Assembly: GCA_963708025.1 (NCBI GenBank)
Contig: CAVPSB010000012.1
Location: forward strand, 411,195-475,194
Direction of reading: 5' to 3'
DNA length: 64,000 nt
Source: an uncultured Candidatus Rokubacteria bacterium
GTDB taxonomy: Bacteria > Methylomirabilota > Methylomirabilia > Rokubacteriales > DASRDR01
Position numbers and translations under genes: made by a program. The notes below the pieces were generated by a model. That model was given only the letters and a program-made list of their open reading frames with translations, was not told the DNA's origin and did not search any database. Positions 8,970 through 18,977 of the stretch are shown here, in pieces (position 1 is the stretch's first letter; each line of letters opens with the position of its first letter).

Positions 8970-11885
8970 ATGGCCAGCGACCGCATCGTCATCCGGGGCG
9001 CCCGCGAGCACAACCTCAAGAGCATCGACCTCGAGATCCCCCGCGACCGGCTGGTCGTCATCACCGGGCTCTCCGGGTCGGGCAAGTCCTCCCTCGCCTT
9101 CGACACCATCTACGCCGAGGGGCAGCGGCGCTACGTCGAGAGTCTCTCCGCTTATGCGCGCCAGTTCCTGGAACAGATGGAGAAGCCCGACGTCGACTCG
9201 ATCGAGGGCCTGTCACCGGCCATTTCGATCGAGCAGAAGACGACCTCCAAGAACCCGCGCTCCACCGTCGGCACCGTCACGGAGATCTACGACTACCTCC
9301 GGGTGCTCTACGCGCGGGTCGGGACCCCGCACTGTCCCCAGTGCGGCCAGGTGATCGCCGCCCAGACCGTCCAGCAGATGGTCGACCGCGTCCTCACGCT
9401 CCCCGGCGGAAGCCGGATCGTGGTCCTGGCGCCGATCGTCCGCGGCCGGAAGGGCGAGTACCGGAAGCTCTTCTTCGATCTCCGCCGCCAGGGCTACAGC
9501 CGCGTCAGGGTCAACGGCGCCGTGCGCGAGCTGACCGAGGAGATCGAGCTGGACAAGAACAAGAAGCACACGATCGAGGTGGTGGTGGACCGCCTGGTCG
9601 TGAAGCCGACCATCGCCGCCAGGCTGGCCGACTCGCTGGAGACCGCGCTGAAGCTCGCGGACGGCGTGGTGGTGGTCGAGCCCGCGGACAGCGGGCAGGC
9701 CTTCGTCTTCTCGGAGCGCCTGGCCTGCGCCCGCTGCGGGATCTCGTTCCCCGAGGTCTCGCCCCGGATGTTCTCCTTCAACAACCCCTACGGCGCCTGT
9801 CCGGAGTGCGGTGGGCTCGGGACGCGCTTCGAGCTGGACCCCGAGCTGTTGGTGCCGGATCCGCGGAAGTCGCTGAAGGAGGGCGCCCTCGCCCCCTGGG
9901 CCGGCCGCGAGTCGGTCTACTTCAAGCAGACCCTCCAGATCCTGGGCCGCCGCCGGCGCTTCAGCCTCGACACGCCGTGGCGCGAGCTGCCGAAGGCGAC
10001 CCGGGAGCTGGTCCTCCACGGCACCGGCGAGGAGGGCGGCTTCGAGGGGATGGTCGGTGTGCTCCAGCGTCGTTACAAGGAGACGACGTCCGAGGAGACC
10101 CGGCTCGAGATCGAGCGCTTCATGTCCGAGCGGCCGTGCCCGGCGTGCCGGGGCGGCCGGCTCCGTCCGGAGAGCCTGGCCGTCCGGGTCGGGGCCCGCT
10201 CCATCCAGGAGGTCGGCGCGTTCACCATCAAAGAGGCGTCGGCCTTCTTCGAGACCCTGGTGCTCGGCGAGCGGGAGCAGACCATTGCCCGCCGCGTAAT
10301 GAAGGAGATCCGGGAGCGGCTGGGCTTCCTGCGGGACGTCGGCCTCGAATACCTGACCCTCGACCGCGCCGCCGGCACGCTGTCGGGCGGCGAGGGGCAG
10401 CGGATCCGGCTGGCGACGCAGATCGGCTCGAGCCTGGTCGGCGTGCTCTACATCCTGGACGAGCCTTCGATCGGCCTCCACCAGCGGGACAACCGGCGGC
10501 TCCTGGATACGCTGCTCCGGCTCCGCGACCTGGGCAACACCGTGCTGGTCGTCGAGCACGACGAGGAGACGATCCGCGCCGCCGACCACGTGATCGACCT
10601 CGGCCCCGGGGCCGGCGAGCTGGGGGGCCACGTCGTCGCCACCGGCACGCCGGCCGAGATCACGGTGGACCCGAAGTCGCTCACCGGGCGCTATCTGGCC
10701 GGCGATCTCTCGATCCCGCTCCCGCCCGTGCGCCGGCCGGGCACCGGCAAGTGGCTCGTGATCCACGGGGCGCGGGAGCACAACCTCAAGGGCATGCCGG
10801 TCCGGATCCCGCTCGGGACCTTCACCTGCATCACCGGCGTCTCGGGCTCCGGCAAGTCGACGCTGGTCAACGACATCCTCTACCGCTCCCTGGCCCAGGT
10901 CTTCCACCGGGCCCAGGAGAAGCCGGGCGCCCACGAGCGGATCGAGGGGCTCCAGCACCTCGACAAGGTCATCAACATCGACCAGTCCCCCATCGGGCGG
11001 ACGCCGCGCTCGAACCCGGCCACCTATACCGGCGTCTTCACCTTCATCCGATCGCTCTTCGCCCGGACCCCCGAGGCTCGCGCGCGCGGCTACCAGCCGG
11101 GCCGCTTCTCGTTCAACGTGAAGGGCGGGCGTTGCGAAGCCTGCCAGGGCGACGGCCTGGTGAAGATCGAGATGCACTTCCTGCCCGACGTCTACGTGAC
11201 GTGCGAGGTTTGCAAGGGGAAGCGCTACAACCGCGAGACGCTGGAGATCCACTACAAGGACCGGAACGTCGCCGGGGTCCTGGAAATGACGGTGCGGGAG
11301 GCGCTCGCCTTCTTCGAGGCGGTGCCGCCCATTCGACAGAAGCTCCAGACGCTCCACGACGTCGGCCTCGACTACATTCGGCTGGGTCAGGCGGCCACGA
11401 CGCTGTCGGGCGGCGAGGCTCAGCGGGTGAAGCTCTCGACGGAGCTCTCCCGCCGGGCCACCGGCCGGACCCTCTACATCCTGGACGAGCCGACCACGGG
11501 GCTCCACTTCGCCGACATCCAGCGGCTGCTGGACGTCCTGAACGAGCTGGTTGGGCAGGGCAACACGGTGGTCGTGATCGAGCACAACCTCGACGTGGTC
11601 AAGACCGCGGACCACGTCGTCGACCTCGGGCCGGAGGGGGGCGACGCGGGCGGGCGCGTGGTGGCGACCGGGACGCCGGAAGCGGTGGCGGGGCAGGCCG
11701 AGCGGTCGTATACGGGCCAGTTCCTGCACCGCGTGCTGGGCAGGGCCGATGAGCGTCGCATCGCGTCGTCCTCGGTCGTCGCCCATCCTCGGCGTACTCG
11801 GAGTACGCCTGCGGTGGGCGACTCCCTGCGTCCTAGCGCTGCTCGCTCCTCGGCCCCGCCCTCGGAGGACTCGGGAGTCGGGTAG
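8970..11885 (+). CDS. uvrA: Excinuclease ABC subunit A
   Basis: [16 protein letters not shown] and GVSGSGKS Walker A, LSGGE, zinc fingers; ~50-aa non-conserved tail. Confidence 0.98.
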   Translation: MASDRIVIRGAREHNLKSIDLEIPRDRLVVITGLSGSGKSSLAFDTIYAEGQRRYVESLSAYARQFLEQMEKPDVDSIEGLSPAISIEQKTTSKNPRSTVGTVTEIYDYLRVLYARVGTPHCPQCGQVIAAQTVQQMVDRVLTLPGGSRIVVLAPIVRGRKGEYRKLFFDLRRQGYSRVRVNGAVRELTEEIELDKNKKHTIEVVVDRLVVKPTIAARLADSLETALKLADGVVVVEPADSGQAFVFSERLACARCGISFPEVSPRMFSFNNPYGACPECGGLGTRFELDPELLVPDPRKSLKEGALAPWAGRESVYFKQTLQILGRRRRFSLDTPWRELPKATRELVLHGTGEEGGFEGMVGVLQRRYKETTSEETRLEIERFMSERPCPACRGGRLRPESLAVRVGARSIQEVGAFTIKEASAFFETLVLGEREQTIARRVMKEIRERLGFLRDVGLEYLTLDRAAGTLSGGEGQRIRLATQIGSSLVGVLYILDEPSIGLHQRDNRRLLDTLLRLRDLGNTVLVVEHDEETIRAADHVIDLGPGAGELGGHVVATGTPAEITVDPKSLTGRYLAGDLSIPLPPVRRPGTGKWLVIHGAREHNLKGMPVRIPLGTFTCITGVSGSGKSTLVNDILYRSLAQVFHRAQEKPGAHERIEGLQHLDKVINIDQSPIGRTPRSNPATYTGVFTFIRSLFARTPEARARGYQPGRFSFNVKGGRCEACQGDGLVKIEMHFLPDVYVTCEVCKGKRYNRETLEIHYKDRNVAGVLEMTVREALAFFEAVPPIRQKLQTLHDVGLDYIRLGQAATTLSGGEAQRVKLSTELSRRATGRTLYILDEPTTGLHFADIQRLLDVLNELVGQGNTVVVIEHNLDVVKTADHVVDLGPEGGDAGGRVVATGTPEAVAGQAERSYTGQFLHRVLGRADERRIASSSVVAHPRRTRSTPAVGDSLRPSAARSSAPPSEDSGVG
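11748..11852. repeat. REP-like palindrome inside the uvrA 3' end
   Basis: GTCGCCCAT(11778)...GGCGTACTC-G-GAGTACGCC...GTGGGCGAC(11822) nested stem-loop. Confidence 0.65.
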
Positions 11886-11899
11886 CCAGGAAGGGGAGA

Positions 11900-12808
11900 G
11901 TGAAGGTGAGCTGGCGGCGGGTTTCGCTCGGCCTCGCGCTGATGGCGTGGATTCTCGCGGGCGCCTTGCCGGCCGCCGGTCAACCGGCAGCCGGGCAGGA
12001 AGAAGAGGAGACCCGGGCCCGGGAGGTGTACGTGCCCCTCCCCGAGTTCCGGACCCACGGAGAACAGGATCAGCTCCTGGTGGAAGCGGTCACGCTCATC
12101 CGCGTGCGGCGCGTGGACCAGAGCGAAGCGCTGGTCGCCCGCGAGACCACCGGCTGGGAGCACGTGGTCCTCGAAGGCTTCCGGCTCACCTTCTACAACC
12201 AGGCTCGCCAGGCGCTCCGGCGCGGCCCGGGCCGGCACGTCATCGTGCAGGACTGGTCGGGCGGCGCCCACTGCTGCTTCGACTACCACGTCCTCCACAT
12301 CCACGGGACCGAGGTCCGGCGGGAAGGCACGATCCGGTCGGGGGATTGTCGCCTCCACGTGGCCGACATCGACCACGACGGGACCCTGGAGCTGATCGCC
12401 TGCGACGCCCGGTTTGCCTACGCCTTCGACCTGCCGTTCGTCGATTCGCCGCTGATCCCGGTCGTGTACACCTTCCGGGAGAAGGCCTACGTCGCCGACA
12501 ACCGCCGCTTCCCTCAGGTGTTCCGCTTCCGGATCGCGCGGGAGCGGCGACGGCTCGCCGAGGCCGAGCAGGCCGCCGACAGCCGGACCGCGCGCGCCGC
12601 CACGCTCGGCATCGTCCTCAACATGCTCTACTCCGGGCGGGCGACCGACGGCTGGTGCGCCTTCGACCGGCTGTATCGGTGGGCCGATCGGAGCGCGGTC
12701 CGGCAGGAGCTCGTCGAGGGGTTGCGGAAGCCGCCGGATGCCGACGACCCGCGGGTGCCGCCCATCGACCTCGGCTACACGGTGGCCCCGCCGAAAACCT
12801 GTACGTAG
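11900..12808 (+). CDS. Secreted hypothetical protein (GGAHCC motif, DxDxDG Ca-binding-like loop)
   Basis: Signal peptide, RBS, WSGGAHCC, DIDHDGTLE. Confidence 0.7.
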   Translation: MKVSWRRVSLGLALMAWILAGALPAAGQPAAGQEEEETRAREVYVPLPEFRTHGEQDQLLVEAVTLIRVRRVDQSEALVARETTGWEHVVLEGFRLTFYNQARQALRRGPGRHVIVQDWSGGAHCCFDYHVLHIHGTEVRREGTIRSGDCRLHVADIDHDGTLELIACDARFAYAFDLPFVDSPLIPVVYTFREKAYVADNRRFPQVFRFRIARERRRLAEAEQAADSRTARAATLGIVLNMLYSGRATDGWCAFDRLYRWADRSAVRQELVEGLRKPPDADDPRVPPIDLGYTVAPPKTCT

Positions 12809-12998
12809 ATCCCCCGCGTCCCCTGGTCGAGGATGGTCGGGCGCTGACCTGCGCCTCGCCCGCCGCCGGAACCGACCGCCGCCGGGGCGCGCCCTCCCGC
12901 CGGGCGGGGTCCTGTGCTAGGATTCCCCCACCGCCGGTCCTCATCTCGGCCGTCGCCCGGGGCGACGGCCTCGGGCTCACCCGCCTCAGGAGGCGTGA

Positions 12999-15092
12999 AT
13001 GGCGATCGAGATCTCGCGCATCCGCAACATCGGCTTCGTCGGCCACGGCGGCGTCGGCAAGACGTCGCTGGTCGAGGCGATCCTGTTCCGGACCGGCATG
13101 ACGAGCCGGCTCGGCCGGGTGGACGACGGCACCGCCACCACGGACTTCGACCCCGAGGAGGTGAAGCGTAAGATCTCGATCAACACCGCGGTCGCCTTCT
13201 GCGACTACAAGGACCACCGCTTCCACCTCGTGGACATGCCGGGCTACGGCGATTTCGTCGCCGAGGCCCGGGCGGGGCTCCGGGTAGTCGAGGGCGCGGT
13301 GATCGTGGTCGACGCCGTCGCCGGCGTCGAGGTCCAGACGGAGAAGGTGTCGAAGTTCGCCCAGGAGTACGGGCTCCCTCGCCTCTGCTTCGTCAACCGG
13401 ATGGACCGGGAGCGGGCCGACTTCACCCGGACGCTCGACTCGATCCAGCGCCGGCTCAAGGGCCGGTTCGTCCCGCTCAACCTGCCGGTCGGGCAGGAGT
13501 CGGCCTTCCGGGGGGTCGTGGACGTGGTGCGGATGAAGGCGAACGTCCAGGGTGGCGACGGCAAGATCGTGGAGATCGAGGTGCCCGACGACCTCGCCGT
13601 CACCGCCCGCGAGTACCGGGAGAAGCTGGTGGAGGCGGTGGCCGAGACCGACGACGACCTGCTGGCCCGGTATCTCGAGGAGGGGAGCCTGGCCGACGAC
13701 GAGGTGATCAAGGCCCTGCGGGCGGCGATCGCGGCCGGCAAGCTGGTTCCGGTCCTGTGCGGCTCGGCCGCCAAGACGCTCGGGGTGGGGTCGCTCCTGA
13801 CTCTGGTGATCGACTCCTTCCCCTCGCCGGCCGAGCGCGGCCCCGTCGAGGGGACCGACCCGCGCACCAAGGAGCTGGTGACCCGGGCGCCGGGAGCGAA
13901 GGAGCCGTTCTCGGCCCTCGTCTTCAAGACGTTCACCGACCCGCATGTTGGGAAGCTCAGCCTCTTCCGCGTCTTCTCGGGCACGGTGGCCGGGAACTCC
14001 CAGGTCTACAACGCGGCCCGCGAAGCCCGCGAGCGGGTCGGCCAGGTCGCCCACATGCAGGGCAAGGAGCAGCGGGGCGTGGACGCGCTGGGGCCCGGCG
14101 AGATCGGCGTCGTCGCCAAGCTGAAGGAGACGCTGACCGGCGACACGCTCTCCGTGGACAATGCGCCCATCGTGTTCTCGCCGGTCGCCTTTCCGGAGCC
14201 GGCGATCTCGTTCGCGCTCCAGCCGAAGGCCAAGGGTGACGAGGACAAGATCTCCAACGCCCTGGCCCGGCTGGCCGAGGAGGACCCCACCCTCCGCTAC
14301 CACTACGATCCGGAGACCAAGCAGCTCCTGATCTCCGGCGTCGGGCAGCTCCACATCGAGGTGACCCTCGAGCGGATGAAGCGCAAGTTCAACGCCGAGG
14401 TGGTCCTCCTGCCCCCACGCATCCCCTACAAGGAGACGGTCCGGGGCCGGGCCCAGGTCCAGGGGCGTCACAAGAAGCAGACCGGCGGCCGCGGGCAGTT
14501 CGGCGACTGCTGGATCGAGATCGAGCCCCTGACGCGGGGTGGCGGCTTCGAGTTCGTGGACAACATCTTCGGGGGGTCCATCCCGCGCAATTTCATCCCC
14601 TCGGTGGAGAAGGGGGTCCGGGCCCGGCTCGAGCGCGGGGTCATCGCGGGCTTCCCCGTCGTCGACATCCGGGTCAGCCTCTACGACGGCTCGTACCACT
14701 CGGTCGACTCGTCGGACATCGCCTTCCAGCTCGCCGGTCAGATCGCGGCCGAGAAGGCGGTGCAGGAGGCCCGGCCCTGCCTGCTGGAGCCGATCACGAA
14801 CGTCGAGGTCACCGTGCCCTCCGGCCTGGCCGGCGACGTCATCGGGGACCTCAACAGCCGCCGGGGGAAGATCGCCGGGATGGACAGCGGGGGAGAGACG
14901 ACGACGGTCCGGGCGCAGGTGCCGATGGCGGAGATGCTGAACTACGAGCCCCACCTGCGCTCGATGTCGGGCGGCCGCGGCAGCTACTCCATGGAGTTCT
15001 CCCACTACGAGGAGCTGCCCGGGATGCTCGCCGAGAAGGTGGTCGCGGAGGCGAAGAAGGAGCGGGAGGCCAAGGCGGCCGAGAAGCACTGA
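12999..15092 (+). CDS. fusA: Elongation factor G paralogue (EF-G2/FusA-like)
   Basis: IRNIGFVGHGGVGKT, DMPGY, NRMD, KKQTGGRGQFG, DGSYHSVDSS; standalone, not in an str operon. Confidence 0.92.
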   Translation: MAIEISRIRNIGFVGHGGVGKTSLVEAILFRTGMTSRLGRVDDGTATTDFDPEEVKRKISINTAVAFCDYKDHRFHLVDMPGYGDFVAEARAGLRVVEGAVIVVDAVAGVEVQTEKVSKFAQEYGLPRLCFVNRMDRERADFTRTLDSIQRRLKGRFVPLNLPVGQESAFRGVVDVVRMKANVQGGDGKIVEIEVPDDLAVTAREYREKLVEAVAETDDDLLARYLEEGSLADDEVIKALRAAIAAGKLVPVLCGSAAKTLGVGSLLTLVIDSFPSPAERGPVEGTDPRTKELVTRAPGAKEPFSALVFKTFTDPHVGKLSLFRVFSGTVAGNSQVYNAAREARERVGQVAHMQGKEQRGVDALGPGEIGVVAKLKETLTGDTLSVDNAPIVFSPVAFPEPAISFALQPKAKGDEDKISNALARLAEEDPTLRYHYDPETKQLLISGVGQLHIEVTLERMKRKFNAEVVLLPPRIPYKETVRGRAQVQGRHKKQTGGRGQFGDCWIEIEPLTRGGGFEFVDNIFGGSIPRNFIPSVEKGVRARLERGVIAGFPVVDIRVSLYDGSYHSVDSSDIAFQLAGQIAAEKAVQEARPCLLEPITNVEVTVPSGLAGDVIGDLNSRRGKIAGMDSGGETTTVRAQVPMAEMLNYEPHLRSMSGGRGSYSMEFSHYEELPGMLAEKVVAEAKKEREAKAAEKH

Positions 15093-15175
15093 TTTTCGGG
15101 ACCTCCCTCCCACCCCCCCAGCCCCCCTCCCCCACCCACCGGGGGGAGGGGGGAGCCGGAGGCCCGATTCCCGAG
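15093..15175. repeat. C-run/G-run REP-like palindrome
   Basis: CCCCCCTCCCC-ACCCACC-GGGGGGAGGGGG within TCGGGA...TCCCGA arms. Confidence 0.55.
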
Positions 15176-15253
15176 CTGTCGTGCGACGTGGAATGCCTGG
15201 CCGCGCATCCGATGTCAGAGGGTCACGAGAAGCCGACGGGTGGTGGAGGGGGG

Positions 15254-16144
15254 ATGCCGCAGCCGGACCTCGAGCTGATCGCGGAGACCGCCAAGGCCCT
15301 GTACGTCAGGGCGCTGAAGCTCCTGCCCCCGGACGTCAAGGCGGCGCTGGCCCGCGCTCACGCCGGCGAGCGACAGCCGCGGGCGCGCGAGATCCTCGGC
15401 ACGATGCTGGCCAACCTCGACGTCGCCGAGACGCGCGGCCTTCTGGTCTGTCAGGACACGGGCACCCCTGTCTTCCGGGTCCGCGTCGGCCGCGCGTTCC
15501 CGCTCGACGCTCTCGGCGGCCACGCGATCGCCGAGGCCCTGGCCGAGGGCGTGCGGCGGGCGACCGCCGAGCATCCCCTCCGGTCCAGCATCTGCCACCC
15601 GCTCAGCCGGGAGAACCCGCAGACCAACACCGGCTGGCGCATCCCGGTGGTGGACTGGACGTTCCGCCCGGACGGCGACACGCTCGATCTGGCGATGATG
15701 CCGAAGGGCTCCGGCTCGGAGAACATGTCGTTCCTCCGCATGCTGACGCCGGCGGCCGGAGTGGCCGGGATCAAGCGGTTCGTGATCGACTGCGTCCTGG
15801 AGGCGGGCGGGAAGCCCTGCCCCCCGACGATCGTGGGGGTCGGGATCGGCGGGACCTCCGACCTCTGCATGAAGCTGGCGAAGGAGGCGATCTGGCGGCC
15901 GGTCGGGGAGCCGAACCCGGATCCCGACCTGGCCCGGCTCGAGGCCGACCTGCTGGAAGCCATCAACATGACCGGCTTCGGGCCGATGGGGCTGGGTGGT
16001 GACACGACGGCGCTGGCGGTCATGGTGGAGGCCGCCTACACCCACATCACGCAGAACCCGGTGGCGGTGACCCTCCAGTGCTGGCGCGGCGAGCGCGCCT
16101 CTGCCCGGATCCATGCCGACGGCCGGGTGGAGCATGGCTACTGA
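15254..16144 (+). CDS. Fe-S hydro-lyase alpha subunit (class I fumarase/TtdA family), copy 1
   Basis: CQDTG, KGSGSEN, GGKPCPP, VGIGG, GPMGLGG, QCW. Confidence 0.9.
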   Translation: MPQPDLELIAETAKALYVRALKLLPPDVKAALARAHAGERQPRAREILGTMLANLDVAETRGLLVCQDTGTPVFRVRVGRAFPLDALGGHAIAEALAEGVRRATAEHPLRSSICHPLSRENPQTNTGWRIPVVDWTFRPDGDTLDLAMMPKGSGSENMSFLRMLTPAAGVAGIKRFVIDCVLEAGGKPCPPTIVGVGIGGTSDLCMKLAKEAIWRPVGEPNPDPDLARLEADLLEAINMTGFGPMGLGGDTTALAVMVEAAYTHITQNPVAVTLQCWRGERASARIHADGRVEHGY

Positions 16145-16727
16145 GCACCGCCTGACGCCGCCCCTGACCGAGGCGCAGGCGCGGGACCTGCGAGCCGGCG
16201 ACACCGTCACGCTCGACGGGATCGTCTACGGCCTCCGGGACGCCACGCTGATCCGGATGTTCGATCAGGGGGTCGCGCCGCCAGTGGACCTCGCCGGCAC
16301 CGTCGTCCTCCACACGGCCCCCAACGTGAAGCGAGGCCCGGAGGGCCGCTACGTGCCGCTGTCCGTCGGCACCACGACCAGCATGCGCATGGATCGCTTC
16401 ACACGGCCCCTGCTCGCCCGCCACGGGGTCCGCGCCATCATCGGGAAGGGCGGCCTGTCCGGGGAGAGCCTGGCGGCGTTCCGCGAGCACGGGAGCGTGT
16501 ACCTGGCCATCACCGGCGGCGCCGCGGCGCTCGAGACCGTGCAGATCGAGGCCATCGAGGCCGTGTGGTGGGAGGATCTCCTGCCAGAGTGCCTCTGGCG
16601 CTTCCGGGTCCGCGGCCTCGGGCCCCTGATCGTCGCGATGGACGCCCAGGGCGGCGACCTCTACGCCGATGTGGCGGACGAGGCGCAGCGTCGGCTCGCC
16701 GCCATTCACGCCAGGCTCGGCATCTGA
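16134..16727 (+). CDS. Fe-S hydro-lyase beta subunit (TtdB family), copy 1
   Basis: GLRDA, HTAPNV, GTTTSMRM, IIGKGG; overlaps the alpha stop. Confidence 0.9.
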   Translation: MATEHRLTPPLTEAQARDLRAGDTVTLDGIVYGLRDATLIRMFDQGVAPPVDLAGTVVLHTAPNVKRGPEGRYVPLSVGTTTSMRMDRFTRPLLARHGVRAIIGKGGLSGESLAAFREHGSVYLAITGGAAALETVQIEAIEAVWWEDLLPECLWRFRVRGLGPLIVAMDAQGGDLYADVADEAQRRLAAIHARLGI

Positions 16728-16958
16728 CCGGTCAGGCCTCGATGGAGTGACGAGGAGGGGCGAACGTTGCTGTGGCGCCTGCGTCCGCCAGGTCGGTCGG
16801 CGCTCACACGCCCTCCGACCGCGGGTGGCGGACCGGCGTCTTCGCTGAGAACAGTGACCCCCCGCCCGCGTCAGCTGGCGAGCGGCGTCAGGGCCCTCGG
16901 CCCTCGTGAGGCTCGGCGGTGGCGCGCCAGACCGGGGCATCGGCGGGCCCTGAGCCCC

Positions 16959-16974
16959 CGGCATGACCCGTGCA
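16959..16974 (+). promoter_or_regulatory. Candidate sigma54 -24/-12 promoter
   Basis: CGGCATGACCCGTGCA (GG-N10-GC) ending 32 nt before ATG 17007. Confidence 0.45.
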
Positions 16975-17006
16975 TCGGTGCCGGCAGCACCCTAAAGGAG
17001 GGCACC

Positions 17007-17408
17007 ATGAGCAGCAAGGAGCGGCTGGACCGGCGGACGGTCCGGGAGATCGAGCAGTTCCTGAAGGTCAAGCAGATCCAGCTCAAGGAAGCGGTGCGGA
17101 GTGTCGTGAGCGAGCGTCGCTCTACCGAGTCCGGCCGCACGGCCGACGTGACGGTGTGGGCGACCGAGACGCTGAACGACGAGATCCAGGTTGCGCTGGC
17201 CGATCGCCACAGCCGCCAGCTCGCCCAGATCGAGGCCGCCCTCGAGCGGCTCGCGCGCGGCGAATACGGGGTCTGCCACGACTGCGAGGAGTTCATCGGG
17301 CTGGCCCGGATCAAGGCGCTCCCCTTCGCCCACCGGTGCAGCGCCTGCCAGTCACGCGCCGAGCGCAAGGCGCGCCAGATGGCGCCGGCCGTCCGCGAGG
17401 CGGCCTGA
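17007..17408 (+). CDS. TraR/DksA C4-type zinc finger protein
   Basis: AAGGAGG RBS; coiled coil; YGVCHDCEEFIGLARIKALPFAHRCSACQ. Confidence 0.88.
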   Translation: MSSKERLDRRTVREIEQFLKVKQIQLKEAVRSVVSERRSTESGRTADVTVWATETLNDEIQVALADRHSRQLAQIEAALERLARGEYGVCHDCEEFIGLARIKALPFAHRCSACQSRAERKARQMAPAVREAA

Positions 17409-17428
17409 CCGACTGCCGACCGCTCCTT

Positions 17429-17457
17429 CTCGGGGGGGGTCTTCGAGACCCCCCGAG
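17429..17457. repeat. Palindromic repeat between convergent genes (possible terminator)
   Basis: CTCGGGGGGGGTCT-TCG-AGACCCCCCGAG; same family as 2238-2265. Confidence 0.7.
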
Positions 17458-17461
17458 GCAT

Positions 17462-17898
17462 TCAAACCGGGATGAGGATCAGGATCAGCCAGCCGGCGAG
17501 GAGCGTCAACACCGTCAGCGGGACGCCGACCTTGCAGTACTCCACGAAGCCCACCTGAACCCGCTCGCCGCGGGCCACCTCGACGACGATGAGGTTGGCG
17601 ACCGACCCCAGCAGGGTCAGGTTGCCCGCCAGCGTGGAGGCCATCGCCAGGATGAGCCAGCCGCGCGCCGGCTCCCCGAACGTCGGGATGACCGACTTGA
17701 AGAGCAGGACGGCGCATCGACCGAGGCCACCGCCCGGTCCCACGGGATGACGCCGGTGACCACCATGACCGCCGCGCCGATGATGGCGACCCCGGTACGG
17801 TCGACGCGGAACCCGGGGACGCGGCCGAGGGCCAGGCCCACGTAGGTCCACATGAAGGCGGCCAGCGCGATCACGCGGCCGAGCGCCACGTCGTGCAT
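17462..17898 (-). pseudogene. Internally deleted ArsB/NhaD-type anion transporter
   Basis: N-terminus (LGRVPGFRVDRTGVAIIGA...ASVD) is joined out of frame near 17715 to the C-terminus (AVLLF...LAMASTLAGNLTLLGSVANLIV); the middle is missing. Confidence 0.75.
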
Positions 17899-17981
17899 GA
17901 CGTGAAGTATACCGGCTGGCTTGACACTCCTCGCCACATCTGGGAGAGTACCGGCATCGCGGAGCCGCCCCGGAACCCGAC

Positions 17982-18977
17982 GTGGAGCTTCATCGCCGCG
18001 CGATCCAGATCGTTCACGCCCGACTCGGCTTGGCGTCGAACAACGGGCCGCTGATCCACCGGGCCGAGTACTTCCGGGACCGGGTCCCGCAGTCTCTCCT
18101 GACCGACTACCATCGGGTCAACGACGTGCCCTGGGACGAGCGCCATCCGGTGGACGCCCGGATCGACGTCGTGGACGCCGCCGGCGCCGAGCCCGCTATC
18201 ACGCTTGGCCCGGACCGCGTGCTGGCGGTGGGGGACTGGACTGGGTGCGAGGCGACGGCCTCCGACCGGCGCTACTCGCTCTTCGGCAACCTCGGCTTCC
18301 TGTTCCGCTACGCGATCCACGCCCTGGAGCGCTACCACGACACCTGGTCGTTCCACGCCAGCGCCATGGTCGACGACAAGGGCGACCTGTGGCTCATCCC
18401 GGGCGGCGCCGGCGCCGGCAAGACGGTCTTCCTCCTCGAAGGACTCGGTCGCGGGTGGACCATCTTCTCGACCGAGATGACCCACGTCCGGCTCACCGAC
18501 GGCGGCTACGAGCTCTACAAGGGATCGCTGTTCGACAACATCCGGCTCGGCACCCTCCTCTACGACTTCCCCCAGGTGCTGGAGCGCCTCGGCCTGACGC
18601 TGCCGGAGTCACGAGACCCGTGGGGCACGAAGATCGCGCTGGACCTGGGCCACGTCCAGACCCCCGCCGATGTCCTGCTGAGCCCCTCTCTCCGGATCGT
18701 CGCCCCCAAGGTCGAGTCGGGGCGCGACCGGGCCATCGTCGGGCGCCTCGACCGGCGCGAGAAGCTGGTCAAGCTCCTCTTCGACAACGCGACGGAGAAG
18801 CACGGCGGCACGGTGCTGCTCTACGACCGGCTGCCGCTCCCGTCGCTCGACACGCCCGAGCTGATGACCCGCCGGCTGGCGGCCATGCGGGGGCTCGTCG
18901 AGCGGGCGACGATCAAGAGCGCGCGGACCACGCTCTGCGGGGCGCGCAACTGCCTGGAGGGTCTGCTGGATGACTGA
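17982..18977 (+). CDS. HprK-related P-loop kinase-like protein
   Basis: FHASAMV...GGAGAGKT...FSTE matches the HPr kinase-like H-A-S/Walker A/sDD layout. Confidence 0.7.
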   Translation: MELHRRAIQIVHARLGLASNNGPLIHRAEYFRDRVPQSLLTDYHRVNDVPWDERHPVDARIDVVDAAGAEPAITLGPDRVLAVGDWTGCEATASDRRYSLFGNLGFLFRYAIHALERYHDTWSFHASAMVDDKGDLWLIPGGAGAGKTVFLLEGLGRGWTIFSTEMTHVRLTDGGYELYKGSLFDNIRLGTLLYDFPQVLERLGLTLPESRDPWGTKIALDLGHVQTPADVLLSPSLRIVAPKVESGRDRAIVGRLDRREKLVKLLFDNATEKHGGTVLLYDRLPLPSLDTPELMTRRLAAMRGLVERATIKSARTTLCGARNCLEGLLDD

